Positions 13,517-26,051 of a DNA stretch of 64,000 bases are shown in pieces. Origin of the DNA: Eledone cirrhosa (Eukaryota); assembly GCA_964016885.1 (NCBI GenBank), contig OZ024762.1, positions 5,456,001 to 5,520,000 of the forward strand, in the 5' to 3' direction. The notes below the pieces were generated by a model. That model was not told where the DNA came from. It saw nothing but the letters and a program-made list of their open reading frames with translations, and did no database searches. The first letter of the stretch is position 1. Each line of letters opens with the position of its first letter. Made by a program: the position numbers and the translations under genes.

Positions 13517-14244
13517 ATATATATATATATATATATCTATGTATATATATATATATATATATATATCTATATATATATATATCTATCTATATATATATAT
13601 ATATCTATATATATATATATCTATATATATATATATATATCTATATATATATATATATATATATCTATATATCTATATCTATATATCTATATCTATATAT
13701 ATATATATATCTATATCTATATATATATATATATATATATATATCTATATATATATATATATATATATATATCTAACGAAGGAAATATGGTAAGGAACCA
13801 GGTGGACCATAACGCACCAAAGTACTCAATACTTGAGGTAGTAGAGTGGGTAATAGGAACCAGTAAGACCCCGACAGCTGAGCTCAAGCCGTTTCGACGA
13901 ATTAGCCGTCGAAACGGCTTGAGCTCAGCTGTCGGGGTCTTACTGGTTCCTATATATATATCTATATATATATATATCTATATATATATATCTATATATA
14001 TATATCTATATATATATATCTATATATATATATATATATCTATATATATATATCTATATATATATATCTATATATAGATATAGATATCTATATATATATA
14101 TCTATATATATAGATATAGATATATATATATATATATCTATATATATATCTATATATATCTAGATAGATAGATATATATATCTATATATATATCTATATA
14201 TATATATATCTATATATATATATATCTATATCTATATATATCTA

Positions 14245-14333
<89 letters not shown>

Positions 14334-14415
14334 ATATATCTATATATATCTATATATATATCTATATATATCTATATCTATATATATCTATCTATATATA
14401 TATATATATATATAA
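13181..14415. repeat. Long (TA)n/(TATC) tract
   Basis: Direct inspection. Confidence 0.95.
13775..13953. mobile_element. (TA)n-embedded short element ending in a perfect 47-bp hairpin
   Basis: Arms 13853-13899 and 13907-13953. Relatives at 36172-36295 and 45255-45310. Confidence 0.6.
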
Positions 14416-14598
14416 TCTGAGTTTTTCGATTAATTAATAATAACATTTGATTTGTTTGCAATTATGCAATTTTATAACCATGTCAGTAGAATTAGGTCTT
14501 CATGCTTCCTCTTGTGTTGGCATGTGATGTTAATTAATATAAAAAAAACTCAGATTATATTTATTATATTCAGCCATGAAGAGCAAAATGTTCTTGTT

Positions 14599-14646
<48 letters not shown>

Positions 14647-14647
<1 letters not shown>

Positions 14648-14955
14648 AAGGCGGGTAAAATTCCCGAGATCCATGGACGAGTTCTCTCCAGCGGTCTCTG
14701 TCCCTCATTATCGCTGCCATATCCTGCATCTCCAACAGACCAGTGTCTGTCCTTAGGGCATCAACATATGTCAACCTTGGTCTTCCTCTTCTAGTGTGTC
14801 CATGTAGGGGCTCCCAAAGGAGCACTGAGTGCAATGTCAACTCTGGATGTCGGTGAGCATGTCTAGCCAACCTCAGTCTCCTCTGTGTCACTTTTGAGCT
14901 GACTTTTGGGATGCTCCCATACAGCTCTGAGTTTTTCATCCTCAGTGTATACTGA
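14647..14955 (-). mobile_element. 5'-truncated RTE-clade LINE (ORF C-terminus)
   Basis: [14 protein letters not shown]...[21 protein letters not shown]...M.DRDRWR, typical of the RTE RT C-terminus. Confidence 0.85.
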
Positions 14956-14981
14956 TTAATGTTCAGATATGTATATATATG

Positions 14982-15015
<34 letters not shown>

Positions 15016-15187
15016 CATATATATATACATATATATATATACATATATATATGTATATATATACATATATATATACATATATATATATATACATATATAT
15101 ATATACATATATATATACATATATATATATACATATATACATACATATATATATACATATATATATACATATATATACATACATATA

Positions 15188-15785
15188 TGGTGGCTGCCAA
15201 CTCGTTTTCTAGTACGGCCACTACTTTATATCCATATAGGAGAACCCCTACCGATGCGCTGAACGAGTGTGACTCTTTAGTCCAGCCAGCAACTTGAAAA
15301 CTCTGGTACAAAAACTACACTTTTGACAATTATTGACACATAGTGCTGGGCCCATGGTACCATGTAACGACAAGGGCAGAGAGATCTCCAGATATAAAGC
15401 AATGCCTGTGCCGTGAAGCTTTTATAGTGAGCAAAGGCACTGCACAAAGCCAGTCCCACTCTCTTAACCAAGATGATATTTACCAAAAAGAAGAACAAGT
15501 CAACATCATTGGATACCATCAGGGTTGCAGGTGTTATATCAGAGTTTTCCTTCTCCTAGAATTCTGCCTTGACAAAGGCTAAGGGGTCATCTCTCCCGGT
15601 GATTTTGGATGGCCATTGACTGTTAAGAGGTCCTTTGCTCTTTGACAGGTTTTGTTTTTAGTCCTGCAGGATGTCCAAAGTCACCCTCCTCACCAAGAAA
15701 CCTTGGTGGGGTTGCCAGTTTAGTCGCCAACGACCCGACCATGAGACAGGTTGTACTGGGATACATGTTACCAGTAGCACCAACA
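15188..15785 (-). mobile_element. Longer copy of the same RTE/BovB-like non-autonomous element
   Basis: Near-identical to 2298-2630 plus a ~230-bp internal segment; embedded in (TA)n. Confidence 0.6.
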
Positions 15786-15891
15786 TACATATATACATAC
15801 ATATATACATATATATATATACATATATATATATAGTATATATATATATATATATATATACATATACACACACACACATATATATATATAG

Positions 15892-15934
<43 letters not shown>

Positions 15935-15949
15935 GTATAAAACCATATT

Positions 15950-16010
15950 TATTCTATTATATATATTTCAAGGGTACCAAAACTTTGGTACGCTCTCATC
16001 AGATAAAATA
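15950..16010 (-). ncRNA. Minimal type I hammerhead ribozyme (predicted)
   Basis: Minus strand reads TATTTTAT-CTGATGA-GAGCGTACCAAA.GT.TTTGGTACCCTT-GAAA-TATATA-TA-ATAGAATA: full core, long stem II, palindromic stem III, AUA site, 8-bp stem I. Confidence 0.75.
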
Positions 16011-16080
16011 TAAAGTTTGTTTTATAAGTATTGACATATATATATTTGTTGAATTACCAACAAATTAAATATCCCTTTTG

Positions 16081-16136
<56 letters not shown>

Positions 16137-16574
16137 GATATCTGATTGCCCGAAAAACAATTGTAATAGGGCCAATAAATTCCTTTCGTTGATTTCTACA
16201 GCTGGATGCCCTTCCTAACACCAACCTCATTTACAGTGAGTGCTGGGTGCTTTTTTGCCGTGGCACCTCCACGACCACTTTACAGTGGAATGATAGGGAC
16301 AACAGTCCCTATCATCTCATTTCTACAGCTGAGTAAACTGGAGCAATGTGAAATAAAGTGGACTTTATTTATCCCAACTTGTAGAAATTTTTTTAATGAA
16401 ACGATCATATGGAAAGAAAGAGAGATTTATTTAATTATATCTCATATAAAATAATACAACCAATTTTCCACAGAATACTATATAGTTAGCACCTCAAACA
16501 TTGGTATTATACTAAGGTATATCCTAATGTTTGTGGAGTGAGATGGAGTTGGTCAGAGTACCACTTAAAGCTTT

Positions 16575-17125
16575 CATCATCATCATCATCACCGTTTTAC
16601 GTCCGTTCTTCCACGCTAGCATGGGTTAGACGGGTTGTCCTGTTGTGGGCAGTGTCTGGTCGGCTGACCATGCCTTGCTCATACAGGAACTGATTTGGCT
16701 TGATTTCTACAGCTGGATGCCCTTCCTAACACCAACCTCATTTACAGTGAGTGCTGGGTGCTTTTTTCTGTGGCGCCTACACGTCCACTTTACAGTGTGG
16801 GCTGGGTGCTTTTTTGCCGTGGCACCTCCACGACCACCTTGCGGTGGGGGCATATTGTCTATATGCTTCAGCTTGTACCCATGGGAAGTCGGGTACTCTG
16901 TATTACTGCGTGACGCCAGAGGCGTAATTGGGTAAGGTCGGCTTTTATCACCTCATCCCAGGTCATCTTGGGTCTCCCCACTCCGCGGTTTCCATCGACT
17001 TCTAGTGCTCTGCACCTTTTTATGCAGCTGTCATCCTTCATACGCATCACATGTCCATACCAGCGCAACCGCCTCTCCTGCACACAGCATTTGATTCCTC
17101 TTATGCTCAGTCTCTCTCTCAATTC
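16575..17125 (-). mobile_element. 5'-truncated RTE LINE with 3'UTR and (GAT)n tail
   Basis: RRLRWYGHVMRM...RGVGRPKMTWDEVIKADL, then the 3'UTR ending GGACGTAAAACGG(TGA)n. Confidence 0.88.
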
Positions 17126-17445
17126 ATTTATGCTTTCTGTTAATGTATTAAATATTTATATATATATATATATATATAGTAATAATAATAAATTTGAAGA
17201 CTAAAATCCAAAGAGGGCTCGATAAGGATAAATATATATCAAATATATAAGAACCCGTTAAGGGTGAAAGCAGCAATTCTTTGCTTAAACTTTAATCTGT
17301 TATTTTAATATATATATATATATATGTAGACATACATATTCACTCAATACCTCAAATCGATAAATCGATACATTTCATTTCATGTCAATCGTCTGAATAA
17401 TCTTGTGGTCAATAAAAGAAGTACCACTTCAGTACTGAGGTTGAT

Positions 17446-17477
<32 letters not shown>

Positions 17478-18375
17478 TCTCTCTCTCTCCCTCTCTCTCA
17501 ACTGGAAATACACTGTACTCCACCAGGTTTAAAATGCCCAAGACACAACGTTGCCATTACAAGTCCATCATATACACATACACACACATACACACACATA
17601 CATACATCCATACATACATACATTCGCACATGCATTCACACACATACTGTACTGTATCACATACTATACTGTACAATATTGTATGATATACAATATTTCA
17701 TTATGTTGTATTGTGTGATATATCATTGTAGGCTATTGCAATACATCATCGATGTGGAAAATATTGATCTCCCCTCCCCTCCACGCCCCCCTCTCTCTCT
17801 CTCTCTCCCATTCATAAATTCTGTATATTTCTGAGTTATGTTGTAACAATTGCTATTAACAATTTCAGCTGGAGCTACCATTTCATAGCATTAACCAAAA
17901 TATCTTTCCAACAACATTAACTCTTTTGATACCAATTTTTACCTTAGACCCCATGCTGAATATAACCTATAAGCTATATTGAAGGTGTGTGGCCTAGTGG
18001 TAAGGTTGTTGGACTTAGGATCATAATGTCGTGAGTTTGATTCCTAGACTGGGTTGTGTGTTGTGTTCTTGAACAAAACACTTCATTTTATGTTGCTCCA
18101 GTATCCTCACCTGAAGATGAGTACCGGAAATAGCTGTGGGTTTAACTCTGCAATGGACCGGCATCATGTCTATTGGGTGAGTGGGGTGGGGGGTCTTGTA
18201 TTCTCAGTCACTCCATGTCACAGAAACGAGGATAAGTACTGGCCTTATGAGTCTCAAGACAGAATTTAGGTTTTCTTTTTTAAATAAACTATAGCTTATG
18301 GCCACTCACCCTTGATGGCCTCATTTTTATCTTATTAGTTTTTATTCTGTAACACTAAATCATCAAAAATTATAT

Positions 18376-18409
<34 letters not shown>

Positions 18410-18418
<9 letters not shown>

Positions 18419-18990
18419 GCCCAGTATTTGCAGAAAAATCGCAAATATTGGACATGGTCCATAAAAATGCATATAAACATCAAATTATGACATAAAATAT
18501 AGGCCAGCAAATATGGTATATTATTAATAATTTAGCGTTAAAACGCACTAAAAAATATATATTGCCATGAAAAAAGCCATCAAGAAATCGCGGATGATAT
18601 TTACAATTCCACGGATATGCAGTGGTTTCCATGATCAATTATTAGTTAGGTTCTAAGGAAAATTATGTGAATAACTGGGTCCATGAATGCCAGGGGTACA
18701 CTGTATACACATAATGGAACCTAAATTCACGAACGCCTCTCATCACAAAATTTTTCCTAACATAAAACGTCTCGGTTGACAAACAATGTTTCGAATAACA
18801 AATGCGCAAGCCATCATCACTTGCTGTGTAGTTAGTTACTATGGTGATATTTATCTGTCTTTCACATAGTCTCTCTCTCTCTCTCTCACACAACATTTCA
18901 TAAGGGAAAAATGGTTTCGGTTTATGAACATTTTGGATAATGATTTACCCTTAGAAACAACTTAAGTTTGTGAACTGAGGTTCCACTGTA
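18410..18990. mobile_element. Two adjacent pogo/Tigger-like MITEs
   Basis: Ends GGGGTACACTG|TA (~18703) and GGAACC..TTCACGAAC ... GTTTGTGAACTGAGGTTCCACTG|TA. Confidence 0.55.
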
Positions 18991-19527
18991 TATGTTACCA
19001 GACCGATGGTTGTAAGCACCAAAGAAAGAGCCCTCAATATGTAATCATAGAGGTAAATATACTATATTGTGTGAAACACATGGCAAACTGGTGTATACCT
19101 TCTTAGGTACTCTGAGTTTCACGAAGCAAGGATTTGCTTCATTCTTCTTCACCATCATCATCATCATCATCATCATTACTGCATTACCACCACTACCACC
19201 TCTATCATCATTACTAACACTACTACAACCACCACCAGCACTACCATCACTACAACCACCATGGAGGTATGAAATTAGATCAATACATATTGAGGAAAAG
19301 ATAATAATCAATAACAGCAGAGAGAGAAAGAGAGAAGAGAACACTTCCGATTGGTCATGGCTTTTAAAGAACCATGAACAATATTGATTTCTTTATAAGG
19401 ACATTAGGCTTCAAAAACGAAGGGGAGGAGGAGAGAGTGAAGGGGGGGGGGGGGGGGGTTATGGCGCAGCAAGAACTAAATAATGATTTCTCACTTTGAT
19501 GTTTTTGGTACCGTATTAAATATGGCA

Positions 19528-20570
19528 GTAGAGCCAGTGATGGATGTTGTGAAGAGAAATGGAGTGAGGTGGTTTGGTCATGTGTTGAGGAAGAATGAAA
19601 GTGACTGGGTGATAGGAATAGAACCAGTGATGGATGTTGTGAAGAGAAATGGAGTGAGGTGGTTTGGTCATGTGTTGAGGATGGATGAAAGTGACTGGGT
19701 GATTGGAATAGAGCCAGTGATGGATGTTGTGAAGAGAAATGGAGTTTAGGTGGTTTGGTCATGTGTTGAGGAAGAATGAATGTTGTGAAGAGAAATGGAG
19801 TGAGGTGGTTTGGTCATGTGTTGAGGATGGATGAAAGTAACTGGGTGATAGGAATAGAACCAGTGATGGATGTTGTGAAGAGAAATGGAGTGAGGTGGTT
19901 TGGTCATGTGTTGAGGAAGAATGAAAGTGACTGGGTGATAGGAATAGAACCAGTGATGGATGTTGTGAAGAGAAATGGAGTGAGGTGGTTTGGTCATGTG
20001 TTGAGGATGGATGAAAGTGACTGGGTGATTGGAATAGAGCCAGTGATGGATGTTGTGAAGAGAAATGGAGTGAGGTGGTTTGGTCATGTGTTGAGGAAGA
20101 ATGAATGTTGTGAAGAGAAATGGAGTGAGGTGGTTTGGTCATGTGTTGAGGATGGATGAAAGTAACTGGGTGATAGGAATAGAACCAGTGATGGATGTTG
20201 TGAAGAGAAATGGAGTGAGGTGGTTTGGTCATGTGTTGAGGAAAGATGAAAGTGACTGGGTGATAGGAATAGAACCAGTGATGGATGTTGTGAAGAGAAA
20301 TGGAGTGAGGTGGTTTGGTCATGTGTTGAGGAAAGATGAAAGTGACTGGGTGATAGGAATAGAACCAGTGATGGATGTTGTGAAGAGAAATAGAATGAGA
20401 GGGTTGGGTCATGTGTTGAGGAAGAATGAAAGTGACTGGGTAATAGGAATAGAGCCAGTGATGGATGTTGTGAAGAGAAATAGAATGAGAGGGTTGGGTC
20501 ATGTGTTGAGGAAGAATGAAAGTGACTGGGTGAGAGGAATAGAGGCAGTGATGGATGTTGTGAAGAGAAG
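19528..20570 (+). repeat. 90-bp tandem array derived from RTE LINE coding sequence
   Basis: Unit translates IEPVMDVVKRNGVRWFGHVLRKNESDWVIG (RTE R.RWFGHV.R motif). Confidence 0.9.
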
Positions 20571-21719
20571 CTTGTAGTGGAAAATTGGCAGAAATATTAA
20601 AAACATTAGATGGAATGTTTTGAGCTATCTGTTCTGGCGCTGGGCAGTTCAAGTTCCATGCATGTCTTATCATCAGAAAAGCAATGGGGGCTCTACCAGG
20701 ATGTGTGACCAATGGATGGTATAAGCAATGGGAAGACCAATAGATGGTATCAGCAGGGGGAAGACCAATGGATGGTATCAGCAGTGGGAAGACCAAAGGA
20801 AACATAGTTCCTTGGTTCAATCTGATGACTGGTTTCTTTCTTTACTTTTAATATTCTACTCGTAGCAAAATTAAAAAAAGAAAGTTCCAATAATTTCTAA
20901 CTTGGTATAAGGCCAGAAATGTATTTGAAGCAGGTGTAGGATAAATCTATATCATGTACTCTAGATATATCTAAACTATTGACTGAGTAAAAAGAACTGG
21001 CCAATGGTGAAGAATTTTTAGGTGAAGCATAAAGTTAATTCACTTGACAGAGTACCTCCACATCACATCACTGGTACCCTCACACCACATCACTGGTACC
21101 CCCACACCACATCACTAGTACCCCCAAACCACATCAAACAGGCCCTGGTTCTACAACAGAAACCAGCTATGTTTTATCCTTTCCTCACCATATTTCTAAT
21201 GAAGTACATTCTCTTTCAATTAACTGATGAAGAATTTGGAAGGATTTACTGAAATTATTAATTATTTCATAACAAAGATAGTAACTTAACATATGGGTCT
21301 TATATAATATTATGCTGGAAAATTTATATTTAAATAGGATTCCTTTAAAATGGGTGGGTTTTATTTCATATGACAAGAGCCAGTTTGGGCTGGATTGGTA
21401 ACAAAAAGGTTAATGTATTTATTACATTTATCTAAAAACCTTCCATCATAATTTTATGTAAGAACCTTTGTTAAGAGAAAGTTAGTATATACGGTAAATC
21501 AAATCCCTCTATATTCTTCATTACCAAATCCCTCTAAATTCTTGACTATTTAAAAAAATTATTTGAAAACCAGGCATTCATCAGAAATGTGGTAATGAAA
21601 AGGTTAAAGTGTTTATATTGATCTAAAAACCATTAAGTTATGTTCCAAATACCAGATTAATAATGAGGAATTAGTTATGCATATTCCCAAATCTCAAATT
21701 TTTTTAGTATTTTCTAAAT

Positions 21720-21830
21720 CAGTGGTCGCCAAACTTTTAGATCTCACAGACCCCTAAATTTGTAATTTTAAATCTCGCGGACCACTAATATGAATTTTAA
21801 AAAAAAGATTTTTCTGTGGACCAACAAAAT
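21720..21830 (+). mobile_element. hAT-like MITE 5' end
   Basis: CAGTGGTCGCCAAACTTTT terminus and repeated CGCGGACC subterminal motifs. Confidence 0.45.
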
Positions 21831-22525
21831 TTACAATTAAATAGCCGTGTAATTGGAACACATGTATACTTATATCTGTGTTCATCCCTCTCATATATTC
21901 AATTATATATAGATATATGTGTATTTATATCATCATCATCATCATCATCATCGTTTAACGACCATGTTCCACGCTTGCATGAGTTTGGACGGGAGTTTTC
22001 CCACTTGAGGCAAGAGTGGTTGTCATTGCTCACATAGGACTTTATATATATATGTATATGTTTATATATGTATGTGTATATATATATATGTGTGTATGTG
22101 TGTACACACACACACACATATATGGCATTTCATCCATTACTTTCTATTTTTAATGAGTGTCTGTTCTATCTGCCAGGAGTTTTGTCTATCAGTAGATAGT
22201 ATCAGCAATGGAAAGATCAATTGAAGCACAGTTTCCTTGATTCACTCTGTTGATCCACTCTTTTGTTTCACCTGTCATGTTTAGCAGCCATTTCAAATAT
22301 TTCTTCAACAAGTGTTAATCAATTGTATTTGCTTGATGCAAAATTAATGCCCATTTTTCATCATCCTCATCTTCCCCCTCACCACCATCATTTAACTTTC
22401 ATTTTTCCATGCTTGCCTGGATTAGACGAGTTGTCACATTATGAGACAATTCGGGTCAGGTGACCTTGTCTTGCTCATATGATCTGTATTTTGGCTTGGT
22501 TTCTACAGCTGGATGTCCTTTTTAA

Positions 22526-22722
22526 CCCTTTAGCATTCACATTACTCTATACATACTATTATATTTTCATGGTAAAGGCTTTACCTCACATAATATTGAA
22601 TCTATGAGATTTTGAAAGTATTTATTTTGAGAACAATACCTTAACATCAGTTTGAGTGACCAGTTACAGCCAGTTTCAACAGAAAGTGGTAGAGAATTCT
22701 GGCTGGTTTGAACATTAAAGGG
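22526..22722 (+). mobile_element. piggyBac-like MITE (TTAA TSD, CCCTTTA TIR)
   Basis: TTAA|CCCTTTAGCATT...AACATTAAAGGG|TTAA. Confidence 0.85.
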
Positions 22723-22754
22723 TTAAGTGATATGATATATAGGGAGTGAGCTGT

Positions 22755-22950
22755 AACAACATGATAGGACTGAGGTCCCTATGATAGGACTAGGGTCCCT
22801 ATGATAGGACTAGGATCCCTATTATAAGACTAAGGTCCCTATGATAAGACTAAGGTCCCTATGATAGGACTAGGGTCCCTATGATAGGACTAAGGTCCCT
22901 ATGATAGGCTGGGGTCGCTATGGTAGGGCTAAGGTCCCTATGATAGGAGT
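22755..22950. repeat. 20-bp minisatellite ATGATAGGACTARGGTCCCT
   Basis: Direct inspection. Confidence 0.9.
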
Positions 22951-23800
22951 GGAACCTCTATTATTAAAATACCCAAGATACAACCTTCACCTATATAGAG
23001 AGTGAGCTGTAACAACATTAGTTTGTGATTAAATCACTCCATGAGAACTACTTCAGTAGTCGTTGATTGCTTTGTTCCACTCTTTCCTCTCCTCCACCAC
23101 TAAACCATGTATAAATTATATTTATTTACAATAAAGCTAGAAAGATGAGTCAGTGTTACGGTTATTGACTTTCAATACAAACGTCTTTGTTTAATTTCTA
23201 AAGTTAAATCAATTCACAAACCACAACTGGTTATGAAGAAATGGCGTGTGTGTTTGTGTGTGCGTGTTTGTATATATGTGTTTATGTGTGTCTGTGTGCA
23301 AACATGTGTGTTTGTTTGTGAGCATGCATGTGTATGTGTCTGCACATGTGTGTCTGTGTGCGTGTGATGGATTAGAGCCGCTACTTCATTACTCCAAAGA
23401 CCTGTTGGAGGAACCCCATTTCAGCCACTTGTATTTGTGATCATATTCTTTCGATCAATATCCAATACTCAATATCCATGACCATAAGTAAGGGTTGGCA
23501 CAAATACCGAATTGAAATTAGTAAGTTTGGCTTTTACACCTACCTGCCTTCATAATTTATTGTATTTTTTTAATAAATCCTCCTTAAATATTTTTTTGTG
23601 CATTTTTGTGATTTTAAAATTCATATTTTTTATTAAATACTACTTCAATTTTAATGTTTCGTGTATGTTTTTGTGTTTTTAAAATTTATATTGTTTTAAA
23701 ATTAAATACTATTTCAATTTCAATTTTTTTTTTTGTGTGTGTTTTTGTAATTTCAAAATTCATTATATTTTTTAAATGTAAATATAAATTTAAATTTCAG

Positions 23801-23893
23801 AACAAGAAACATCGGTCAATGCTGAGAGTTTCCTCACTGGCCAATCTTTTGTCACCAGTGAAACCAGCAAAGAAAATGGGGCGTGCTTTACAG
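23801..23893 (+). CDS. ARHGEF3: Exon C (NKKHRSMLRVSSLANLLSPVKPAKKMGRALQ)
   Basis: tttcag acceptor, CAG|gtctgt donor. Matches the NET1/ARHGEF3 RVTSLANLISPV motif. Confidence 0.93.
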
Positions 23894-24717
23894 GTCTGTG
23901 TCTTTTCCTTATTAGTTTTTATTATTGTTTAGCCTAAAAAAAAAAAAGGAACCCCATAAGGAATGTGGCTTAATGGTTAGGGTGTTGGGCCCGTGATTGT
24001 AAGGTTGTGAGTTTAGTTCTCTGACATGAATGCGAGTTGTGTCCTTCAGTAAGACTCTCTATTTCACTCTATTTGCTTCAGCCCATTCAGTTGGGGAAAA
24101 TATTGAGTTGTATTTGTAAAATAAAGTGGGGTGGGGACGCAACCTTGTTGCATGTTGTGTCATGCTGAATCTCCCTGAGATATGTTTGTAGTATGTGTGT
24201 CTGATGAAGGTGTGTGTTGTGCATGTGTGTGTCAATGATGAATGTGTTTTATTGTTAGTTGTTTCATACCACCAAGTTATTGCCAGTTAAATTGGTTAAC
24301 ATAAGCTACAACTTGTCCACACAGCGAAAGTCCTTCTATTTTACTGTCATTTAATCCCAGCTATAACCTGGCTAGTCTTTCATCTGTTCAATAAAACTAA
24401 CAGATCAAAGATCTCCTTTAACAATGAGTCGATAATGTTGTAGTCGTCGTAGCAATAAAAATTGGTATTTCAATATCTTGTCTCTGTTGCTATTGAACAG
24501 ACATTGATTGAACATTCATTGATTGATTGATATGGACAGCTGACAGTCTATATATTTATATGTTTCACTTGTTAACTTGCTTTTATAGAATTTTCTAGAA
24601 AACAGCTCCACACTATCAGCTCCCCCTCCACCCCTCCTTCAGCTGACTCATCAGTTCTTCCTTCCTGTGCAAGCCTGGACAAAGGCAGTAGCTTGTCCCA
24701 GTTGCATGAGGCATTAG

Positions 24718-24937
24718 CCCTTTAGCATTTACATTACTCTATATATATGATTGTATTTTTGCGGTAAAGGCTTTACCTCCCATAACTGTCTCACATAATA
24801 TCAAATCTATGAGATGTTGATATTATTTATTTTGAGAACAATACCATAACATCAGTATGAGTGGCCAGTTATGGCCGGTGTGAACAGAAAAGGTGAGATA
24901 ATTATGGCCGGATATGGCTAGTTTAAATGCTAAAGGG
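24718..24937 (+). mobile_element. piggyBac-like MITE copy
   Basis: Same TIRs and internal sequence. Confidence 0.85.
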
Positions 24938-25107
24938 TTAAGAGACTAAGAGTGAGAGGTTTAACTAAGGAGTCACACCCCTGCCCAGACATGTGAAATA
25001 CTGATCTTTGATAAATATTTGACAATTTGTGAGATATGCCTATGTGGTCATGTAGTTCCCAGCACTATTTTTAACTATGGGCTTAATAATTTATATAAAT
25101 GGTTTAA

Positions 25108-25302
25108 CTCTAACATTTAAACCAGCTGTATACGGCCAGGATTCTCTCACCTCTTTTTGTTCAAACTGGCCATAACCAGCCACTCATACTGATGTTAAGG
25201 TATTGTTCTCAAAATTTATAACATCAAAATCTCATAGATTCGATATTATGTGAGTTAAAGCCTTTACTCCGAAAATATAATAGTAAATAATAAAGTAAAA
25301 GG
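25108..25302 (-). mobile_element. piggyBac-like MITE copy
   Basis: Reverse orientation, TTAA flanks. Confidence 0.8.
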
Positions 25303-25841
25303 TTAATGATCCAGCCATCACAGTGTTTCTTGATAATCCAAGACAGATCACACATCTGAAGAAGTTTCTTTTTTCACTCTTTGACAATAGTTTATCTGAC
25401 TTTAGTAGAAAGTGCTGCTAGTCCAAGCAGCACCCCTTTCAAGTGACACTCATGGCACATGCCATGCTTGCTATACCATAGTTACCCATCTCTTGAGAAT
25501 ATAAGTCTACCCTCCCCTAAACAGGACACCAGTCTATCACAAGGCTAAACCTCAAGCTCCTACTGTGTGACGTGAATTCATGTAGCCCAGTAGTTAGTAT
25601 GTTGGACTTGCGATCATAAGGTTGTGTTTTTGAGCAAGACACTTGATTTCACGTTTTTCACGATAGGATTGGGAACCCTATAATTAAAACACCTAAGAAG
25701 CATCCTATGGTATACAACCTCATAGGGGCCACCTAAAGCTGTATAGATGCATGCTACAATAACAACATAAGATTGGACCCGTTATCATTAAAACACCCAA
25801 GAAACTTACTATGAAATGCAACATTGTAAGAGGCCATTTAA

Positions 25842-26051
25842 CCCTTTAATGTTCAAACCGGCCAGAATTCTCTACCCCTTTCTGTTCAAACTAGCTGTAA
25901 CTGGCCACTCATACTGATGTTAAGGTATTGTTCTCAAAATAAATACTTTCAAAATCTCATAGATTCGATATTATGTGAGATAATTATGCGAGGTAAAGCC
26001 TTTACCATGAAAATATAATAGTATATATTGAGTAATGTGAATGCTAAAGGG
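25842..26051 (-). mobile_element. piggyBac-like MITE copy nested in the ~100-bp repeat array
   Basis: CCCTTTAAT...GCTAAAGGG. Confidence 0.85.
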
